A DNA stretch of 64,000 bases, from contig CAVVXN010000005.1 in the NCBI GenBank assembly GCA_963752285.1, positions 1,600,001-1,664,000 of the forward strand, written 5' to 3'. The position numbers and the translations under genes were made by a program. The stretch comes from an uncultured Planctomycetota bacterium. Lineage in GTDB: Bacteria > Planctomycetota > PLA2 > JAEUHO01. Shown here in pieces: positions 59,027-64,000 of the stretch. The notes under the pieces were generated by a model. It was not told where the DNA came from, made no database searches, and saw only the letters and a program-made list of their open reading frames with translations. Each line of letters starts with the position of its first letter. Positions within the stretch are counted from its first letter, which is position 1.

Positions 59027-61315
59027 ATGAACGCGGGCCCCCGGAGTCCCGAGGACGTCGCGGCCACGCGGGCGCACCTCGAGGCCTACCTCGACTCGTA
59101 TCCGGGGCTGAGGGGCCGCGTCTGCCGCGTGCTCCTCCTCCACCTCCACACCGCGGGGATCACGCGCATCGAGGACGTGTACGAGCGCGCGGAGCGGCGC
59201 GACGAGTGGCACGCGCCCCACGACCCGAACGTGCCCTCGAGCCACCTCTGGGCCGCCGACGAGGCCGAGGTGATCAACCGCATCGTCATCGACCTCGCGG
59301 CGAGACACCTGACGCCGGAGGAGGTGGACGCGATCGTCTGGTCCGCGCACCAGCGGGACGAGGCCAAGTCGGTGGAGGCGCTCGCTCGCATGCCCGACGT
59401 GCCCCTCACGCTGATCGCGCGCAAGGTGAGGCAGTTCTGCTCGCTCGCGGACGCGGCGGGTCGCCGGGCCGAGGCCCCCGAGGGAACGCTCGTCGCGCTG
59501 GTCCGGCGGTTCATCTCGGACCGGGTGGACTTCATCTCCCGGGCGAAGCGGTTCCTCGACGTCGGCCACATGGCGTGGGTGCTCGAGCGCGTGGTGGCGA
59601 CGGAGCGCGGCAGCGGCTGGGTCGGGGGGAAGGCGGCGGGCATGGTCCTCGCGTGGGCCATGCTGGAGCACGCCGGCATCGAGGACCTGGAGGTGCCGAA
59701 CACCGTCTTCGTGCTCACCGACGCGTACGCGGCGTTCAAGGAGCACAACGGCCTGACGGAGCTCGCCGACTTCAAGTACCAGCCGCTCGCCGAGATCCGC
59801 CACAGCCACCGCGCGATCCAGGCCGTGTTCCAGAACGCCGAGTTCCCGCCGTTCGTGGCAAACCGGTTGCGGGCGGAGCTGGGGCGGTTCGGGGACGTCC
59901 CGCTGATCGTGCGTTCGTCCAGCCTGCTCGAAGACTCGTTCGGCGCGGCGTTCTCGGGCATCTACCAGAGCCTGTTCCTCACGAACCAGGGCCCGCCCGA
60001 CGAACGTCTCCGCGCGCTGCTCGGCGCGATCGCCGAGGTGTACTCGGGCGTCTTCCACCCCAACGCGATCTCGTACCGGCGGCGTCACGACCTGATCGAC
60101 CACGACGAGCAGATGGCGGTGATGATCCAGCCCGTCGTGGGGCGCCCGTACGGTCGCCTCTACTTCCCCGCGGCCGCCGGCGTCGCGTTCTCGCGGAACG
60201 ACTACCGGTGGAACCGCCGCATCCGCCGCGAGGATGGCCTGATGCGCGTCGTCGTGGGCCTCGGCACGCGCGCCGTGGACCGGGTCGGGGACTTCGCTCG
60301 CATGGTGGCGCTCGCGAACCCGACGATGCGGCCCGAGGTGACGCCCGAGGAGATCGTCGCGGCCTCGCAACGACGGGTCGACGTGGTGGACCTCGAGGGC
60401 GGCGGGTTCCGCTCGGTCCCCGCGGCGGAGGCGCTCGAGGGCATGCGCGGGCACGGCCTCGCGGACTTCGTCTCGGTCGTCGAGCGCGGGGGTCACCTCG
60501 CCACCCCGGTCGGGACGCAGGTCGCGGAGCCCGCCGCGGACCTGTGCATCACCTTCGACCGGATCCTCCGGCAGGGCGCGTTCCCCCGGCAGATCCAGAA
60601 CGTGCTGAGGACGCTCGAACGGTCGTACAAGACGCCGCTCGACATCGAGTTCGCGTACCACGAGGGCCGGCTCTTCCTGCTCCAGTGCCGGCCGCTCCTC
60701 GGCATCGAGGAGCGCGCGAGGCGCGAGGTCCCGTCCGACGTCCCCAAGAAGGACCGCGTGTTCAGCGCGAACCGGTGGGTCAACAGCGGGACCGTGGACG
60801 GGATCCGGTACGTCGTGCTGATCGACCCGCGCGACTACGCGCGCCTCCCGAGCGTCGATCGGCGCGTCGAGCTGGCGGGGGTCGTGAGCCGCGTGAACGA
60901 GGCGCTCCAGGACCAGGCGTTCATCCTGATGGGGCCCGGTCGCTGGGGCTCGCAGGACATGCGCCTCGGCGTGCGCGTGGGCTTCGCGGACATCTGCCAC
61001 GCCCGGGCCCTCATCGAGATCGCGCGGTCGTCGGAGGGCCTGTGCCCCGAGCCCTCGTTCGGGACCCACTTCTTCCAGGAGCTCGTCGAAGCGGCGATCC
61101 ACTACCTGCCGCTCTATCCCGACGACGACGGCGTCCTGTTCGACGAGGGGTTCCTGCTGAGGTCGCCGAACGCGCTGGACCGCCTCGTACCGGACGCGGC
61201 GGACGCCTTCGGGGACGTGCTGCGGGTGATCGACGTCGAGGCCGTGGCGCCCGGACGCCGGCTCTGCCTCGTGATGGACGGCGAGCTCCAGGAGGCCCTC
61301 TGTTACCTCACCTGA
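59027..61315 (+). CDS. PEP/pyruvate-binding (PPDK_N, ATP-grasp-like) domain protein
   Basis: VGGKAAG, IVRSSSLLEDSFG.AFSG.Y, MAVMIQ, GVAFS, GLGTRAV, DIEFA, LLQCRP, GPGRWGS, SFGTHFFQ. Confidence 0.88.
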   Translation: MNAGPRSPEDVAATRAHLEAYLDSYPGLRGRVCRVLLLHLHTAGITRIEDVYERAERRDEWHAPHDPNVPSSHLWAADEAEVINRIVIDLAARHLTPEEVDAIVWSAHQRDEAKSVEALARMPDVPLTLIARKVRQFCSLADAAGRRAEAPEGTLVALVRRFISDRVDFISRAKRFLDVGHMAWVLERVVATERGSGWVGGKAAGMVLAWAMLEHAGIEDLEVPNTVFVLTDAYAAFKEHNGLTELADFKYQPLAEIRHSHRAIQAVFQNAEFPPFVANRLRAELGRFGDVPLIVRSSSLLEDSFGAAFSGIYQSLFLTNQGPPDERLRALLGAIAEVYSGVFHPNAISYRRRHDLIDHDEQMAVMIQPVVGRPYGRLYFPAAAGVAFSRNDYRWNRRIRREDGLMRVVVGLGTRAVDRVGDFARMVALANPTMRPEVTPEEIVAASQRRVDVVDLEGGGFRSVPAAEALEGMRGHGLADFVSVVERGGHLATPVGTQVAEPAADLCITFDRILRQGAFPRQIQNVLRTLERSYKTPLDIEFAYHEGRLFLLQCRPLLGIEERARREVPSDVPKKDRVFSANRWVNSGTVDGIRYVVLIDPRDYARLPSVDRRVELAGVVSRVNEALQDQAFILMGPGRWGSQDMRLGVRVGFADICHARALIEIARSSEGLCPEPSFGTHFFQELVEAAIHYLPLYPDDDGVLFDEGFLLRSPNALDRLVPDAADAFGDVLRVIDVEAVAPGRRLCLVMDGELQEALCYLT

Positions 61316-61393
61316 GGCGGCCGGGGCCCGGGGCGGAGACGATGGACCTCGCGGGGCCCCGCGCGGTCCACGAGGGTCACGGGGACGAGACGC

Positions 61394-61422
61394 TTGACCC
61401 GGGGGCCGGGGGCCCCTACGAT
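61394..61422 (+). promoter_or_regulatory. Putative sigma-70 promoter for the ABC exporter operon
   Basis: TTGACC-N17-TACGAT. Confidence 0.6.
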
Positions 61423-61712
61423 CCTCCGCTTCCCCGTGGTCGCCGGAGGGTCCTCCGGAGGGATCACCAGGAGAGCCGGATGGTGACGCAGCGCCTCCCC
61501 CACCGAGCGTGCCGGACGTCGATGACGTCCTTCACGTGGCTCGGCAGCGGGTCGACGGCGCGCGTCGCGTTCCCCGTCGTCCCCGCTCTCCCGGGTGGCG
61601 TCCGGGTCGTCTGACCCGACGCGGGCTCGCCCTCGAGCTCCCGCCGCCCGGTCCGCCCGCTCTCGGGCCGACTCCCCCACTCGCGTTCGCTCGTCCGTGT
61701 CGAGGTCCCCCC

Positions 61713-63512
61713 GTGTCCGTCCCCTCACCTCCCCTCCATAGTCCCGCGGCCCGACCGGGGCTCTCGACGCTCGCACGCCTCGCGGGACGGTTCCGTCCGC
61801 GCGCCGCGCGGACGGCGGGCGTGCTCGGCCTGCTCCTCGTCCGGGGCGGGCTCGAGGCCGCGTGGCCGCTCCTGGTCGCGGCGGCCATCGACCGTCTGTT
61901 GGGCCACGAGGGCGGCGGCGGCGGTCTCCCCCCCGGGTACGCGGCGTTGCTCGTGGTCCTCGGGGCCACCGCGCTCGTCCGGAATGCGCTCGTGTTCGTC
62001 TCGCAGGTGGCGGCGGCGCGCCTGGGGCAGGACCTGGAGAACGCGCTCCGCTCCGACCTGCTGGGGCACGTCCTCGCGCTCCGCTTCCGCTACCACGACG
62101 TCAACCGCAGCGGCGCCACGATCGCCCGGGGCCTCCGCGACATGGAGAAGGCCAGGCACTTCTTCCGCGAGGTCTGGTTCGGCTGGGCGGAGGTCGCGAT
62201 CCTCCTCCTGACCGTCGTCCCGGCGGTGTTTGTCGAGCACTGGACGTACGGCCTGGCGACGGCCGTCGCGTTCGGCCTCGGCACGGCCTCCGCGATGCTC
62301 GTGGGCCGGCGGGTGGCCCATCTCGACCGCGACGTGTCGGACGTCTACGACGACGTCGCGACGACGCTGCAGGAGAACGTGGCGGGCGCGCGCGTGGTCC
62401 GCGCGTTCGGCCGCGAGGGCCACCAGGTCCGAAAGTTCGGCGTGCACATGGACCGCTTCTCGGGCCACTGGGCGTCCGAGGAGCGCTACTGGACCGGTCG
62501 GATGCCGCTGGTCCACCACGTGTACCACCTGGTGCTCCCGGTCGTCCTCCTGCTCGGCGCCGCCCGCGTCGCGACCGGTCACGGGGGCGTCGGCGAGGTG
62601 ACGGCCGTGCTCCTCTTCGTGCGGATGGTGCATCACCGCGTGCGCCCGCTGACCCGTCTCGTGATCCTCGGTCAGCAGGCCGTGGCGAGCGCGAGCCGCG
62701 TGTTCGAGGTCCTGGACCACGACGACGTGATCCCCGTGCCGACGGCGCCGCGACGCCTGCCGCCGACCGGAGGGGACCTGGCGCTCGAGGACGTCCGCTT
62801 CCGGCGCGGCACGGACGGCGAGGAGATCCTCCGCGGCGTCTCGCTCGTCGTGCCGGCGGGCTCGTCCCTCGGGATCCTCGGCCCGACGGGCTCGGGCAAG
62901 AGCAGCCTGGTCCACCTCCTCCCGCGCTTCTACGACCCCACGGGCGGCACGGTCCGCCTCGACGGGATCGACCTCTCCGACCTCGACGTCCGCCAGGTGC
63001 GGCGCGAGGTGGGTCTGGTCTTCCAGGAGCCGTTCCTGTTCTCGGGCACGGTCGCCGAGAACATCGCGTACGGGCGGCCGGACCTCGACCGGGCCGCGGT
63101 CGTACGGGCCGCCGAGCTCGCGGCGGCCGACGAGTTCGTTCGCGAGCTGCCCGACGGCTACGACACGCTCGTGGGCGAGCGCGGCGTGAGCCTCTCCGGC
63201 GGTCAGTGCCAGCGCCTGACGATCGCCCGGGCGGTCGCGATGGACCCGCGCGTGCTCGTGTTCGACGACGCGACGGCGAGCGTGGACGCGGTCACCGAGC
63301 GCGTGCTGTTCCAGGGCATCCGGGCCGCCGCGCGCGGCCGGACGACGCTCGTGATCAGCCAGCGGGTGACCTCGGTGCGGTGGTGCGACCGCATCGCCCT
63401 CCTGGAGGAGGGTCGCGTCACCGCCCTGGGGTCCCACGACGAGCTCCTGCGCGAGGAGGGGCTCTACCGCGAGATCTTCCGTCACCAACAGCTCGAGAGG
63501 GTCGCGACATGA
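61713..63512 (+). CDS. ABC exporter, fused permease/ATP-binding subunit
   Basis: TM domain; GPTGSGKS, FQEPFLF, LSGGQ, VFDDATASVD, ISQR (degenerate Walker B and switch); start approximate. Confidence 0.92.
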   Translation: MSVPSPPLHSPAARPGLSTLARLAGRFRPRAARTAGVLGLLLVRGGLEAAWPLLVAAAIDRLLGHEGGGGGLPPGYAALLVVLGATALVRNALVFVSQVAAARLGQDLENALRSDLLGHVLALRFRYHDVNRSGATIARGLRDMEKARHFFREVWFGWAEVAILLLTVVPAVFVEHWTYGLATAVAFGLGTASAMLVGRRVAHLDRDVSDVYDDVATTLQENVAGARVVRAFGREGHQVRKFGVHMDRFSGHWASEERYWTGRMPLVHHVYHLVLPVVLLLGAARVATGHGGVGEVTAVLLFVRMVHHRVRPLTRLVILGQQAVASASRVFEVLDHDDVIPVPTAPRRLPPTGGDLALEDVRFRRGTDGEEILRGVSLVVPAGSSLGILGPTGSGKSSLVHLLPRFYDPTGGTVRLDGIDLSDLDVRQVRREVGLVFQEPFLFSGTVAENIAYGRPDLDRAAVVRAAELAAADEFVRELPDGYDTLVGERGVSLSGGQCQRLTIARAVAMDPRVLVFDDATASVDAVTERVLFQGIRAAARGRTTLVISQRVTSVRWCDRIALLEEGRVTALGSHDELLREEGLYREIFRHQQLERVAT

Positions 63513-64000
63513 CCGACGAGATCGCCCTCGAGGAGGAGTTCGCCCGGGCGCCGCTCAAGCGGGCGACCTTCCGCCGGCTCCTCGGCTACTTCCGCCCGTG
63601 GCGCGGCAAGGTCGTCCTCGTGATCGTGCTCGAGGCGACCTGGGTCGTGTCGATGCTCGTGGACCCGCGCCTCGTGCGCCGGGCCGTGGACGGTCCGCTC
63701 GGACACGGGGACGTGTCGGGCACCGCTGGGATCGGCGCGTTCATGGTCGCGAACATGCTGGCGCGGGCCGCGCTCACGGTCTGGGAGCTCCGCATGAGCA
63801 CCTGGATCGGCGTCCAGGTCGTGGACGCGCTGCGTCGCGACGTGTTCGGGCACATCCAGCGACTCCACATGCGGTACTTCGACCGCACGAAGCAGGGCCG
63901 GATCATCGCCCGGGCCGACCGGGACGTGGACACGCTCGAGCAGCTCGTCTTCTGGGGCCCGATCGCGTTCACCTCGCTCGCCCTCTCCCTGGTCCTCGGA
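63509..64000 (+). CDS. Second ABC exporter subunit (partial, runs off window)
   Basis: ATGA overlap with the previous gene; RRLLGYFRPW, LRRDVFGHIQRLHMRYFDRTKQGRIIAR. Confidence 0.88.
   Translation, partial: MTDEIALEEEFARAPLKRATFRRLLGYFRPWRGKVVLVIVLEATWVVSMLVDPRLVRRAVDGPLGHGDVSGTAGIGAFMVANMLARAALTVWELRMSTWIGVQVVDALRRDVFGHIQRLHMRYFDRTKQGRIIARADRDVDTLEQLVFWGPIAFTSLALSLVLG

Overview
Very GC-rich bacterial chromosomal window. A Planctomycetota origin is inferred from a Ser/Thr kinase-WD40 giant, two paralogous secreted vWA-like 'PSGFG...ETGGRY' proteins and Cys/Pro-rich lipoproteins. From left to right it carries: a Rieske-cytochrome b operon with a decaheme and a hexaheme c-type cytochrome in place of cytochrome c1; a RIO1 kinase; a decayed sigma-54 activator; housekeeping genes (HAD, pgm); a kinase-WD40 region; a 4xCHRD-4xIg lipoprotein; and a DUF4011-helicase-nuclease-DUF3320 (Hhe-like defence) gene. 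An arsR-arsP-arsE/F/G-like operon follows, then decayed mobile remnants and a PIN/HTH toxin-antitoxin pair next to tRNA-Ser, tadA, fur and purD. The right part holds tRNA-Pro and tRNA-Arg, an FHA-protease and TPR-kinase, a palindromic tandem repeat array, GDH divergent from a PPDK-N-like gene, and an ABC exporter pair. The most unusual locus is a tandem cluster of four tiny Cys/Pro-rich lipoprotein genes (45.7-47.2 kb) with [15 protein letters not shown] repeats. One of them is missing from the ORF track and one resembles chlamydial OmcA. Three frameshifts lie in C/G runs and may be sequencing errors. All family assignments are by motif recognition; no database search was run.
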